Shown here in pieces: positions 1 through 15,000 of a stretch of DNA of 64,000 bases (position 1 is the first letter of the stretch; the number at the start of each line of letters is the position of its first letter). The position numbers and the translations under genes are program-made. Location: positions 356,748,001-356,812,000 of the forward strand of contig OZ024741.1 of assembly GCA_964016885.1 (NCBI GenBank), written 5' to 3'. The notes under the pieces were generated by a model. The model did not search any database and was not told where the DNA came from. It was given only the letters and a program-made list of their open reading frames with translations. The stretch is from Eledone cirrhosa (lineage: Eukaryota).

Positions 1-420
1 CAGTCTTCTTCGTTCTCCTCTATGAAGCAGAAATGTGGACCATCACAAAGACCCTGGCATAGAAGATCGACAGTTTTGATAGCAGAGCCCTGAGGGCCAT
101 CGAGAACATTTCCAACTAAGAGTTGCATGCACGCACACATCAGCCAGCAGCCTCCTGTCTCATAGCCATCCATTAATATGGACATGTCCACCATCTCCCA
201 CCAGATCATCATACTAGGGGCTTACTCTTGTTTGATGCAGCAGCTACAGGCTAGAAGAGGCCCCATGGCAGACCCAGCACGAGATGACTGAATGTTATCA
301 AGGAAGACCTCCAGATGCACAATGTCACCTTGGAGGATGCAGAGGGGCTGGCATGGGAGCACCAGCGATGGAGGGCACTGGTGAACCTGGTCAGCTCTAA
401 ATACAATGACACATCTGGGA
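1..420 (+). mobile_element. Decayed 3' end of an RTE-like LINE
   Basis: Frameshifted LLYEAEMWTIT..KIDSFD..., KRPHGRP..R*LNVIKEDL..RWRALV, typical of RTE ORF C-termini. Confidence 0.7.
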
Positions 421-539
421 TCACTGATCTATGATGACCCAGTCCCATTGAGCAAGAGCAAAGAAGAGGAAGAAGCAGAGAGAAAAAAGGTACTTAAGAA
501 AAAATACTACTTCAGTAAAATATTAACAAAACCACTTAC

Positions 540-658
540 ACATTCAATTTCATATGTAATCTGACATGATATATACTTTAGGGTTTCACTTGCATACTTT
601 GTAACAACATGGAATATTAATTTATAAACAGAATCATTCTCTCCTTTCTGTAATCCAG
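540..658 (-). CDS. TARBP1: TARBP1 exon 10 (GLQKGENDSVYKLIFHVVTKYASETLKYISCQITYEIEC)
   Basis: Polypyrimidine tract + AG, gtaagt donor, phase 1->0. Confidence 0.8.
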
Positions 659-3600
659 CTTGAAGTGGAAAGAAAAAAAAACATTTTATCAGAAAAAATA
701 GCACAAATATCATTTAAAGTTCCTTAAGATTTTCTTTTTAAATTTGACTAAATACAAAATAAAGAATTTGTTGTTATCCATATTTTCTACTGTAGCCTCA
801 CATTGACCAAAGCCTTGTGAATGAAATTCAGTAGTCAGAACCTGAGTAACATCCCATTGTGTGTGTGTATATATATATATAGTAGAAGATACTCGTCTAT
901 GGTGTGACATAGTGGAACTGAATCCCAAACCATGTGGTTACAAAGTGAACTCTTTAACCACATGCCTGCTCCTAAATTAATTTCTTCAGTCTAAGTTACA
1001 AGATCATTTTTGTAAGGAAAGCATATTTAACTGAATCAACAGCAGTATATTACTGGTACTCAGTGGTACCAATCCTATAGTGATAAAAAGTCAAGTCAAC
1101 TCCAACAAGATTAGTTGGATTTAGAACAAAGAGTCATAAATCTGTATAAGACATTTAATCTAGTCCTTTGTCTTGTCTATCTCTGTACTGTACTCCATAT
1201 CCCTGTGTGTTGTAACAGGCGAATAAAAGAGTTGGCACCAAGAAATGCATCTAGTGATAAAACTTACCTAATGATGAGTATAAAGCTTATAACAGAGCCT
1301 GCAAAGCTAACCGCCAACTTTAGCAGAGTAGATGTCCTTAAAACGATTGTTGTTATGTTATTGCTCTATGTTGTGCATCTCCATTCTTCTACTGAATAAA
1401 TAGTAATATGGTCCAGTTTAACACAACCTGGCCCTTTGGAGCCTTTAGTAGAGTCCATTGTTTCAAGCTTTTGAGCCAGGTCTCCAGATTGAGGATACCT
1501 TCTTCTCTCCTAATGTCCCCCCACTCACACCATTCTTAAAGGACCTGGAAAGGGTCATGTACACTGTCCTTCGCTCCCTAACTCAACAGTGAAACACAAA
1601 AATTACAATTAACAAATTTTTTTTTCAACAACATTTTATAGAAAATTTACATACCTGGTTCAAGTTCCTCAAGTAATAACAGTAATAGATGCAAAGCTCG
1701 ATGTGCTTTACCAACTGGAAGATAAGCATGAGTATTCAGAGATAATAGAATATCAATTAAAACCAGAAGAAAATCATCTGCTGTCAAACACTCTGTTGTC
1801 TCTTGATCATGTACAGACATTGTTGCTTTTGAAATTGGTAATATACCTGCATCACAGCACAAAAGGAATGTTCTCACTATTTTAATAGCCTCTGTACCAT
1901 CTATAACAGTAACAGTATCTAAAAAGAGTAGAAAGGAAAGTACATTGAAATATAACATTACATTATCGTCATCATTTAATATCCATTTTCCTTGCTAGCA
2001 ATGGTTAGATACTGTATGGATAATTCATCACTATCACTGTCTTATATCTATTTTCCATGCTTGCATGGGTTAAAAAGGTTGTCACATTGTGAGGCTAAAC
2101 ATGTCAGGCAACCACATCATGCTTATATGTCTTATTTTTTGCAAGGTTTCTATGGCTTGATGCCCTTATTTGGAGTATTTTTCTTGGCCTCAGCACTACT
2201 GAATATTTATGTTAATTTATGAAATATACCTAAATCTCACATTGAAAACTGGGGCCTCTAGAATCATGATAAAAGAAACAAGAACATGGTGAATTCATCA
2301 TCATCACGTCTACATTTCCATGTATGCATGGGTTGAATGGATCTTCTCCAGCACAGCTTTTTTTTCATTTGCTGCATTCCTTCATAATCTTCTCTCTGAA
2401 TTTCAGCAATCTAAAATCAGCATCCACCACCTCTGCCTAAGTCTTCCTTGTCCTTCCTCTTCTGCAGTTTCCTTCCACTTGGAACTGCCGGTACTTCTTC
2501 ACCCAACAATCATCATTCATATGCATCACATATCCATGCCAGTATTATCTTCTCTCTTGCACACTACATCTAATTTCCCTTATGCCCAGTTTTTCTTTTA
2601 ACTCATCTGTGCTTTGAGCTCATATGCACTAATATTGCACATCCAGCAGCACATGCTGGCCTCATTTCTTTCTAAACTTCACATACCTTCTGCATTCAAT
2701 AACCATGTCCCACTACCATCACACTTCATACACAGGCATCATATAATCTGCCCTTCTTTTGGAAAGAGAATCCTTTTGCTGCTAGGCAATGTAAAAAATA
2801 AAAAAAATAATAACAGTTTCATATAGAAGAGTAACCTTTCAATGAGACCAAGTTGCTGTCTATGGTAAAATCTTGGCATTTTATAATTAGGAATTTTCTA
2901 TTAGTGATATACAATAATATACTTTAGGATCATATTCCAAATAGAAACTATAGGATTATGGAAATTTACACAACACTATCACTTTGATGGTTACTTTCAC
3001 AAATCAATCATATTCAGTTTATCTCTCAAGCTTAAAAAAAATTATTGTATTGAATATTTTAAAACCAGAATACTTACTTCTACTGACAACAAAGGGATTC
3101 TTTCTCTGATTGAAGGAAAGATTACATGATACCTACATATGAAGTTGCATGGTAGTGGAACACAAGTATTGAATGCAGAGGATGTACAAATGTTAGAAAG
3201 AAATATGGCTAGCAAGCTCTGCTGGATGTGTAATGTTAGTGTACATGTAGAATGAAACACATATGATTGCAGAAAAACCTGGGCATAAGAAGAACAAGAC
3301 AGAAGATTCCACTGGTATGGACACATGATGCATATGGATGATGATTGAAGTGGCATGAGTTCCAACTGGAAGGAAGCTGCAGAAGAAGAAGACCAAGGAA
3401 AACCTCAACAGAAGTGGTGAGAGCTGATCCTCACAGAGGAGATAATGAAGGAATGTGACAAATGGAGGAAAGCTGGGCAGGAGAAAACTCATGTATGCAT
3501 GGTAAAATAGCCATAAAAATGATGATGATGGTAATCCAGAAAGGAAGATCTATTCTTATATCCCCTGGAAAAAACTACATTTAATATAGAAAAGTGAGAA

Positions 3601-5953
3601 GATAGTATGTAGTTTAGTTATTTCCCTTGGATCCTCCTTCATCACCTCAATCTAACAACTGTGATGGAAAGATTTCTCAGTGGTTAAATGGTACACATTT
3701 GTGTTGGAGAGGAAGCCCTTTCAATTCTTTACTACATCAGCTCTTTTCTCAAAACTACATCATCAGCTCGGAAATTCAAGATTAATCCTTTCATTGCCCT
3801 ATATCTAATGAAAAACACTGCCTATGATTTTTAATTAATTTTGAAAATAATCAAGAATTTGGAGGCATTTAGTAATATGACTAACTTCCTCATTATTAAA
3901 CTGGTGTTTGAAACATAAAGGTTCTTAAATAAAATAATGGTGTAAGGTGTTTTGATAAATATAAACACTTTTAAACAAACAATTCTGCATCATGGATTCT
4001 AGGGTGATTTCAGACAGTTTGGTATCAAAGGGGTTAAGATAAAAAATAACTTACCATCTTTCAAGTAATTTAAAAATGCTTCATACAAAGCTTGAATAAA
4101 TAGCTTCGTTGCCCAAGTTCCATAAGCATCATTTGTAATGTTATTTTGAAGCCATTTGACATAGCATTTCCAAAGAGAATTACCATGTTGTAAACTTTCC
4201 TCTCGATAAAACACAGAAACACAGTAAGCCCATTCTGAAGGTGTCACTAGCTCCTAGTTAGTAGTGAATTGATACATGAAAAAATTAGTCAGCAATGTTG
4301 GTATTGATATTTCAGCACTGTTATCATCATTTCTATATTGTTACCTTTCTCTTCACAAATACCTTTTGCAAGTCAATAGTATTTAAACACAAAGTAAGAT
4401 TATACACAATGAGTTTAACCTTTTTGTTCCTCTATTTCTAATGAAAGATACTACCTATAAATTTCAGAAAATTTTGAAAATGATCCAGAATTTGAAAGTA
4501 TTTAATAAAATAACAAACATTCTTATTATTTTAGTGTTTGGAGCATAACTTAACAAAGGTTCTTACATAAAATTATTATGGAAGACTTTTATATAAATAT
4601 AAACACATTAAGACAAACAGTTTTGTACCAGAACCAAGGATAGTTTCTGATGGTTTGGTAACAAAAAGGCTAAGGAGAAATTACTAAACTAGATGAAAAT
4701 CAAGTGTAAACAATAAACCACATTAATTTCTTAGTTAATCACAAGGAGGAAATGATTGACACTACAGGATGGCCATAAAATCATTTGCAGCCAGCAATAT
4801 AGATTCTGAAAATCCAAATACATTGTGATCTTGTTTCTTATGTAAAATACAAATGATTTTAAGCTTCAGAAACCACTTGATATCATCAAAGCTTTGGACA
4901 AAATATGGCATGCAAACCCTCTTATTAAACCTTCAGAACTAATCATGTAGACCCAAAGCTCTTCCATATGTATTAGTGTTAACCCAACCTTTCCAAACAT
5001 AATGTCCATTGATCCTGGGGTCCTCACTAGGAATATATTTTACCTATGACTGTCTTTCATTTCTTCAATAATGACCCACTAATCACCCTCCACATTAACA
5101 CCTGTGAAGATAACAGAATTCTTCAACAATTTTTCACTTGTAAACTTATATTTAGAGAATTACTTAACAAAAATTTCTAAAATAAAATTATGATGGAAGG
5201 TTTTAATATAAGGATAAATATTTTAAAATGAGCAATTTTATATTGTATATCCAGGGTGATTTTAGGCAGTTTGGTATCACATAGGTTAATGGAGATCCAA
5301 TAATCAGGGATACTTACTAAAAAAGGGAAAATAAAAGATAACTAAAAATATTAATCTTTTTTCAATGTAAAAGCAAACTTACAAAATCCAACAGGTTAAT
5401 AAGTGCTTCAGCCAGAAAACACTGAGTAGCCCCACGTATATAGGTTTCAACAGTGCGTTGACATGTCACGACTATCTCTCTGTTGTAAATATTAAAAAAG
5501 AAAAAAATAATAGAAAAAATCCCCCCAAAAGAAACAAGGGTTATTTTTGTAAGGAATCATAAGATATAAGTAAATAGTTTGCTGAAATAATAAAGGAAAC
5601 TATGTATACATATATATATATATATATCATCATCATCATCATCAACGTTTAACGTCCGTGTTCCACGCTTGCATGGGTTTGGACGGGGGTAGTCCCACTT
5701 GAGGCAAGAGTGATTGTCTTGCTCGCATAGGACTGTCTGGCAGGTTTTCTACAGTTGGATGCCCTTCCTAACACCAACCACATTTACAGTGTGGGTCTGG
5801 GAGGTTTTTACCGTGTTGCCTACACGGCCACATTACAGCGTGGACTGTGTGTTTTTTTGTCGTGACACCTACACGATCTCATTTGTTTCGGCCTCGATGG
5901 CGCGGCACCAACATAACTTTACATAGAACGGGGTGGTGTGGATGGGGTAGGGG

Positions 5954-6003
<50 letters not shown>

Positions 6004-9000
6004 TTATGGAGGACTGGGAAGACAAAGAGTAGTACTTGATACATGATGAGATGCAGAGTGGGTATAGGTGAAGAGGTGGAATCCTAACAGTAAGTTTGGC
6101 CATTTCAAATTGTTTCATTACCCTTAAAAATACTTGTGGAAACAAGTTGAAATGGCTGGGCTTGCCATTGGGATTCTACCTCTTCATTACACACACTTAT
6201 ATACATATATCTATATTAATAAAGCTGACAGCTGTATGTATGTAACAAACTTTTTGCCAAACGGTTGGACCAAACGGCACCAAATTTGCACCATAGATGT
6301 AACTTTTTCCAGGTAAGAAAGTGATAGTATTTTTGTCTACTAAATTTCGTTAAAAGATTAAAGATATTTTGTTTATTTAAATATTCATTTCTTTAAAATG
6401 TTCAAATGTCAACACTTCCGGTTAGCGATCCCTTATACAACATTCCTCTCTCTCTGTTTTTTTAGATAGATACATAGCTATAACGTCGCACCCTTATAAT
6501 ATGACTCTGTATGTCTGGCTGTCTGCATTATGTAAACCATTCTGTACATTGACTTCGCTATTTGTGTGTATATATGTATATATATTGCAAGCGTGGAACA
6601 CGGACGTTAAACGATGATGATGATGATTGTGTGTGTATATATATAGTGTGTATATGTATATATATAGTGTTAGTATCATAAATAAGAGACAGTTTAATTT
6701 GTACATTTTATTGCAGCATTCCTTTATACATATAGTCCTATACGAGCAAGACAACCAATCTTGCCTCACGTGGGACAATTCCCATCTAAACCCATGCTAG
6801 TGTGGAAGATAGACGTTAAACGATGATGATGATGGTAAACATGTTATAAAAAAGAAGTATAATTGTTTCTACTTTTGGCACAAGGCCAGCAATTATCCCA
6901 GTACATTACTGGTACTTTATTATATATAATATATATAATACAACATTCCTCTCTCTTTCTTACTCTGTCTTTTTAGATAGATACATAGCTATAATGTCAC
7001 ACCCTTATAATATCTGTCTGGCTGCCTGTCTGCATTGACTTCGCTTCTAAGCAACTTTTAATTAATTATATATATTAATTATATATTCGTGTACATATTT
7101 TCAACAGTAATACTGTACTATATATTTTCAACAGTAATACTATATATTTTCTACAGTAATACTATACTATACTTTATATTTTCTACAGTAATACTATACT
7201 ATACTATATATTTTCAACAGTAATACTATACTACACAGACGGCTTATCGTCTGTTTATCCAAGCGAAGCTAGGTGTGTCAGCTATATATATATATATATA
7301 TATCTAGATGCCGTAGAACACGCCAATAGTAGCCAGGCGCCAGCCGGACGGGCCAGCTAGTATATATATATTTGTAGATTAGAAGAATAGGTAGAGCATC
7401 AGATAAACTGGCTTGCAGTTCTGTGTTAAATTTCAACCGAGGTCAAACTACCTTGTGTTACTTTATTTTATCAACCCTTATACTTGAATGGTACTTGATA
7501 TATATACAGATGTGTGTGTATATATAAATAAATATATATATATATCGTTTCTGAATTTGTTTAGTAAGATTCTTTATCTGAAAACGTGTGTTGAAACCGA
7601 TATTGTTATACTTTGGGAGGGTCATGTTGCCAATAAGAAACACACGCACCAGTTGCTTTCACTTCAATTTATTATAATAAATTGAAGTGAAAGCAACTGG
7701 TGCGTGTGTTTCTTATTGGCAACATGACCCTCCCAAAGTATAACAATATATATATGGAGGCATGTGGCCTAGTGGTATATGTTGGACTTACGATCATAAT
7801 ATCGTGGGTTCGATTCCTGGACTGCGTGTTGTGTTCTTGAGTAAAATACTTCATTTCATGTTGCTCCAGTACACTCAGCTGAAAATGAGTACCAGCAATA
7901 GCTGGGGGTTTAACCCTGTGATGGACTGGCGTCCTATTCGGGGGGAAGTCTTGTACTCTGTCGCTTCACACCATGAAACCGGGATAAGCACCCGCCAATT
8001 GAGCCTTCTGGCTTAAGACAGACTTTAGATATATATATATTGAATTATAAGGTTTTGCTATACTTTGATTAAATAAAACAGTCCAATAATAATTGTTTCT
8101 ACTTTTGGCACAAGGCCAGCAATTACCCAGTGCATTACTGGTAGTTTATTTTATCGACCCCGTAAGGATGAAAGGCAAAGTTAACCTCGGCGGGATTTGA
8201 ACTCAGAATGGCAAGGGCCGTAACTCTATGCGTCAAAGCATGGCGTCCGACCGGCTACCGATACTGCCAATCCACCGCCCTCAGTCCAATAATAATGGCA
8301 TATAAACTCACTGAACAGAAAAAAATGACCATCAGTACTCACCTTTCTCAGTAGGTTTATACATCCCATTATTATTAGGCTATTTTATCTAATCAGTTAT
8401 AGTGAAATCTTCTAATTCAATTTTCAAATTCCACCTACCATTTCTAAACATACATTCTTTATATATATATATATATGCTTGTATGTATAAATGATGATGA
8501 TAAACTATTTACTGATTTATTGATATTGAATAAAGAAAACAACTTACCGTATATCTATAATGGCAAGCCTATTCAATAAGAGCGACTGTGGTAGTTTGGA
8601 TAATGCTCTTGAAAGGAATACAAGTGGGATGGGACCCCAGGTTCGTGAATTCATGGTATTCAAGACTTTACAAAAGAAGGTAGCTGAAAAGAAAAACAAC
8701 AGAAATCACAGGAAACACAATTTTCTTGTGTGTGTGTGTGTGTTTTTTTTTTAATAGATTTATGTTTGTTATCATCATTCATGATCTTTCATGTTTTCAT
8801 AGAATGACAGTAGCTGAATTATCATTGTCATCATATTGTGTCCACTTTTCATGCTAGCATGGGTTGGATGGGCTGCCACAGCTTGAGTCTAGAAGTGTTG
8901 AGGAACCACATCTTACTCATATGTTCCTTTTTTGGAATAGCTTCTTTGGTTGGATGCTCTTCTTAATACCAATCACTTTATAGTGTGTACTGGGTACATT

Positions 9001-12000
9001 TTATCATGACAATAACACTAGGGAAGTTGTTATGACCTCAGCAAAACTAAAGGGTAAGAGTCATCTCACATCTGCATTTTCTGTTTGATATTTCTTCAAA
9101 ATGATCGTAGATTAATTAAGGTTTATGTATTCTGAGTCAGGTTTGTTGGGGGTATGGATTGGTGGTAGTTTCTAGTGGTTGTACTGAGTATGTGTGAGTG
9201 CAATACCAATTACGTAATGGGGTTGTAGTTACTGGAGAGTAATATAGAAACTATGTAATATCACATCTGCAGCTTGATGACATCTATCACCCCTATACCA
9301 GTAATTGGAGCAGGCTGGTTGTTGTTTTACTGGAAGGGCTGGGATAGATATTGGAAGGATATCTTAATATAATTTATGGCTGGTGCAGTATGGTTTTGTG
9401 GGTAGCGTTTGTAGGATTATGATTTGTGTTTGCTTGAGTTTGTGGATAGTTTGGTTTAGATTTGTTTGTGTTCTAATTAACCCTTTAATATTCAACCGGC
9501 CAAAACCGGCCAGAATTCTCTACCTCCTTCTGTTGAAACTGGCTGTAACTGGTCGCTCAAACTGATGTTAAGGTATTGTTCTCAAAATAAATACTTTCAA
9601 AATTTCATAGATTCGATATTATGTGAGAGCCTTTACCATGAAAATATAATAGTATATATAGAGTAATGTAAATGTTAAAGGGTTAAGGCATATATGGTCT
9701 CATTATATAAAAGAGTTTCACTTTGATAATTTGATAGAGGTTGGCCTATTAATCAAGTTTATACTCTGTCAATAACATTATCCTCTTTCTATAGTGATGA
9801 CCCTTAACACCTGCTGAACTAATACCATATAAAGGATATATCATTCCCATATATTACAACTCTCACAACTCACCACCCTTTTAAAATCAATAAGTTAACG
9901 AGAGTGACCAGCTGTGAACCATATGCCACTCCTCTAACTTGTGCTATCATGTACAAATATTTGATAGAAAAAAACTATAGCAATATAATAGATAAGAATC
10001 AGAAAATTTATTATTTTCCATAAATTAACCCTTTTGATATTAATCTCTCATAAAACCTAATTTTAAAATGTCTATATATCATAGTTTAATGTGAAAACCT
10101 TTATACTCCCAAACCAAATTAATGAAAAAGTAATTTCACTAAATTCCTCCAAATTGATGGTCGTGTTTGTTAGTTAGTTAAGGTTATCATTTTTCTTTAA
10201 TTTTACAATGTTTGCACAGGTTAGATGAAGCCTGGAGCTTGTGCCAGTTTCATGAGTATTAAGTAACTGAGAGTACAAGATTTCTCCTTGGACAAGATGC
10301 CAGTCTGTCACAGGGTTAGACTCCAATTGATGCTGGTACTCAGTTTCAAGAGAGTGCAACTGGAGCTATGAGAAATAAAATGCCTTGCCCCAAAACAGGA
10401 CACATTACTCATCTGGAATTCAAACTCATAACTTTATGATCATGAGTCCAACACCTTAACCATGAGGTCACCCGTCTTCTTATAATATGGTCAAGAAAGG
10501 GTATATAATTTGTCCAGTTAATAAGTCTTAAAATATACTGTTGATTTCAAAATGTCTTGTCTATATAACCATTATTGTCTTATAAACTGAGATTTGTGAA
10601 CTTACCTCGTCTTTCTTTTGTTTCCAAAGCTTCCCAGCATGATTGGAAAAAATGTACCAAGCTATCTCCAATCTTAGGACAGGAGCCAAAATTAGTATCT
10701 GGCTCCCTGAAAAAAATAAATATAACAAATAAAAATTAGCAAAATAACATATAACGATTTCTAATTTAGGCACAAAGTCACCAATTTGTGGGGAGGAAAA
10801 GTTGACTATATCAAGCCCTGTATTTGACTGGTATTTTATTTTATCAACCTTCGAAAGATGAAAGGCAAAGTTGAACTCGGAGGGATTTGAATTCAGAATT
10901 TAAAGAGCCAGAACTACATGCTGCAAAGCATTTTACCAGATGCTGTAATAATTCTGCCAATCCACCATCTTTGCAAAGTAAATTTCATTAACTCTTTAGT
11001 TGACTATAAGAACAAAGACTTTAAAAACACCTTCCATGCCAATTTTGCTTTTTTCAACATAAAAAAGACACTATCAGTGCACATGTTAAGAAAGCATTGT
11101 ACCACCATCACCACCACCACTTAAAATGAACCGCAGGCATTTAGAACCCTTACAAACATTCCAATTGTTAGGCCTCACTATAACCAACACAAGCACATCC
11201 TCAACTTGACAAAAATTACATCACAAAGACTGGCCTTCTTTTTCAGAGTCAGAAAATACTTCAGCCCCACCCAACAACAACTACCAAGGCCAGATTAAGT
11301 CCTTTGGGGGCTCTAAGCACTTACAAGTTTATGGTACGACCCATATATAAAGTCTGCATAAAAATCTGTTTGGAATGACAAATACATTTAATTTTAATAA
11401 AATGGTGCCCCTCTTCACTTGATACTCTAAACATGTGTTTATTTTGCTTAATGGTGAATCCAGCCCTTAACTTTTTTGATACTAACCTACCCAAAACCAT
11501 TTCTGGTTTTGTGAAAAAATGCCACCCATTTAGAAGGGGTTCCTTATTAAAATGAAAACCTTCCAACAAAATTTTATATAAGTTATGTTACAAATATTTG
11601 TAATATTATGAAATAATTAATAATTTTAGTAAACCCCTCTAAATATTCATTAAATAATTGAAATATATATATCTAAATTAATTAATGGTCACAAAAATGT
11701 TAAGTATCTCACTAGTCTCAGAAGGACTGTGAAAACCATAATCACAGTCCTTTCCTACAAACCAACCCAATAAAAAATTAATTGCCAGTTTTTGATTTTT
11801 ATATGGAATATGTAATATATGGTAATATATAGTATATACTAATCAAAGGTAGATTTATTAAGAATCTAATGCTAAACATTAAGTTTTTAATACTAAACAG
11901 TATTTTTCATTATCCAATACATACCGTCCATATAATTTAATTTCCTTCAAAGAACCAAGAAACTTTCCACTGAAATACTAGAATGAAAAAAAAAATCTGA

Positions 12001-15000
12001 ATAATAATCATTTATTTACAATAGTTAATGTTCAAATAAGTTTTCAAATAAAACTTTGCACTATTCAAAATTAAATGTTAAAATTTATCATAATTTTATG
12101 TCTGTCTTCCATGCTGGCATGGGTAATTATGTTTAAAGACTAGATGGATCAGATAATCACATCTTGTTCACATATTCCATTTTTGGCATGGTTTCTATAA
12201 TTGGAAAACATGCTATAAAAATATACAGAAACATTTCAATTTGCAAACACAGACCCAGCCACCCCATCCTCCACACACACACATACCCCTTCAATTTTAG
12301 TATGATGGATCATGCAAAATTGGAAGAAAAATATTATCACTGAAATTATAACTCACTGATTCTTCATCTTGCAAAATGAAAGGACAAGTGACAAAGTTGA
12401 AATCTAGAGCAACATTGACAGCCCATTTGATAAGGAAAATGTTTTCATGAAATAGACAGCGCGATATCAAAACCAGGAGCCAGGAAGAATGCAGTAGGGA
12501 ACCTATCGTTATAAAACATTAGAAAATGTATTAGTCACAATACAGAAAAACACTAAGAAAGATGATACAGAATAAAATATTAGAAAATATAAGAGGTTGT
12601 TGTAGTTTGATTGAAGCATTGTGTAAAGTGTAGAAAATAATGTTTTATTAGAAGGCTACTACAATGCAAATGGTACATTAATTGTTAACAATATAATAAC
12701 AAAGATGAAGGGATGTTACCTTGCAGTTGTTTAAATGGTCCTTACATTTCAAGATTGAAAGAATAATTGAGGAAACTAATTCAGTGCAGGATATCTTGTA
12801 TCACTCTTAACCCTTTAGCATTTACATAACTCTACATTTACTATTGTATTTTCACGGTAAACACTTTATTTCACATAATTATCTCAATAATATCGAATTT
12901 ATGAGATTTTGATATTATTTATTTTGAAAACAATACCTTAACATAAGTATGAGCAGCCGGTTATGGTCAGTTTGAACAGAAAGAGGTGAGAGAATTCTGG
13001 CTGGATACAGCTGGCTTAAATGCTAAAGGATTAATCTGTTATTTTGGAATTTGAAAGTGGTGTTTTTTCCAATGCTGGAAGTAGTGAATAGATAACTTGG
13101 TATGTGTTCTAAGCTATGGTTGTATCTATTATCAAAGTGGAATGCAGTGTGGTTGTGGGTCTGTCTATGTTAGCACTGGGTGTTGAATTTTTTCATGTTG
13201 TTGATTTGGAGTTTGAGTTTGGTTATTCTTTGATTCTGAGATTGCTGATATTCCTATCCCTGGCTTCAACAGTAACTGTTATATCTTTATTTATGTTCTT
13301 GTACTTACCTATGTTTCTTGAAAATGCATTAGTAACAAAACAGAGAAACACCCAGAAAAACAATACAGAATAAAACAGCTTCATCATTTTTTCATCCACT
13401 TTCCCATATTGGTATGAGTTAGACAGGACTTTTTGAGGCAATGTTTTACACCCAAATGAGCTATCTGACACCAACCCCTTTTTTTTTTTTTTTTGTCACT
13501 TCTTACAATACACAGGGATACAGTGTACCTATTCTAACCAGGACACACAATTGATAATTAACTCTTTAAATGGAATATAAGCCTTGTATCAATTCACCAT
13601 ATTTGGTATCTGGTTTCTTTTTTTATTTCATTTAAAAAATTTTTCTTTGTGTATTTATTTATATATCTTAAAAATAACTAAGATTTTGGAGATATTTAGT
13701 AATATAACTAAATTTTTCATTATTTAGTTGGTGTTTGGAGCATAACTTAACAATTATAATGGAAGGTTTTATATAAATAAAAACACTTTAAAACAGTTTT
13801 ATATTACAGAACCAGAGGCAATTTCAGGTGATTTGGTATGAAAAAAAATTACTAAAGAGAAAGTTAGTTATACAGTGAAATTGCATTATAACGAAATTCA
13901 CGGGTTATAAAAAAAAATTTGTTGTAATGAAAAATTCTTTATAATGAGATCGGCTGAAACAAATCGAGCATTTGGAGATTGAAAAAGATTTTGTTATACT
14001 GAAAAATTCGTTATAACGGAATTTTAACTGTATTACTAAATCCCAACAAATTTTGATAAAGCTTGTGTTTATTGTTTGAGAAGGTTTTAAAATTGCTTGT
14101 TAATTCCATTATTTAAAAGATGTTTGGTATATGTATTTGTTGTCTTTTGTTACTATATTTCTTATAAATTCTTTTTGAAAATAATCAAGATTTGTTTGGA
14201 TTTAATAATATATTTAACACCAGCTTAATAAGGTGTAAGTTAGTTATATTACTATATCCCTCCAAATTCTTGGTTATTTTCAAAATTATTTGAAAATTAT
14301 AGGCTGTCTTTCATTAGAAATATGGTAAAAAAAAGGGGCTAGGCTAGTCTTTGGAATGTAACTTAACAGCAATTTCTTACATAAAATTAAACTGAAAGGT
14401 TTAAAATTAAATATAAATACTTTAAAATCAAACAGCTAAATATGATAAAACCAGAGACAGTTACAGGCAGTTTGGTATCAAAAGAGTTAAATAGCATATC
14501 TTCTTTATATATAGTTTTAAACAATCTTAGATTAGAAAGAACTGAGAAAATGATTAATACAATGTTTGAAGAAGTGAAAGCCAGTTGGGGTGTCAAAAAG
14601 AGAGATAGGTGTGATGATTATATGTTTAACCCTTTAGAATTTAAACCAGCCGTATCCAGCCAGAATTCTCTCACCTCTTCCTGTACAAACCAGCTGCTCA
14701 GAATTATGTTAAGGTATTGTTCTCAAAATAAATAATATCAAAATTTCATAGATTCGATATTATGTGGGATAATTATGTAAAAATAAAATAGTATATATAT
14801 AGAGTAATGTAAATGCTAAAGGGTTCAGCATGGGTTGGGGTTGATTGCAGTATTCATTATAGAATTAGAAGGTAAAGAAGACAGAAGGTACGAAATTAAC
14901 TAAGAGATTTGAAGTGATTTTTTAATAGTAATTTTATCTACAAAATAAATGTTTTTTCTTATTTCTTATATCTTATATATTTCTCATATATAATCTTGTT

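Noticed and set aside
7756-7825. tRNA genes at A/B-box motifs
   Set aside because: Heads of multi-copy SINEs; no cloverleaf
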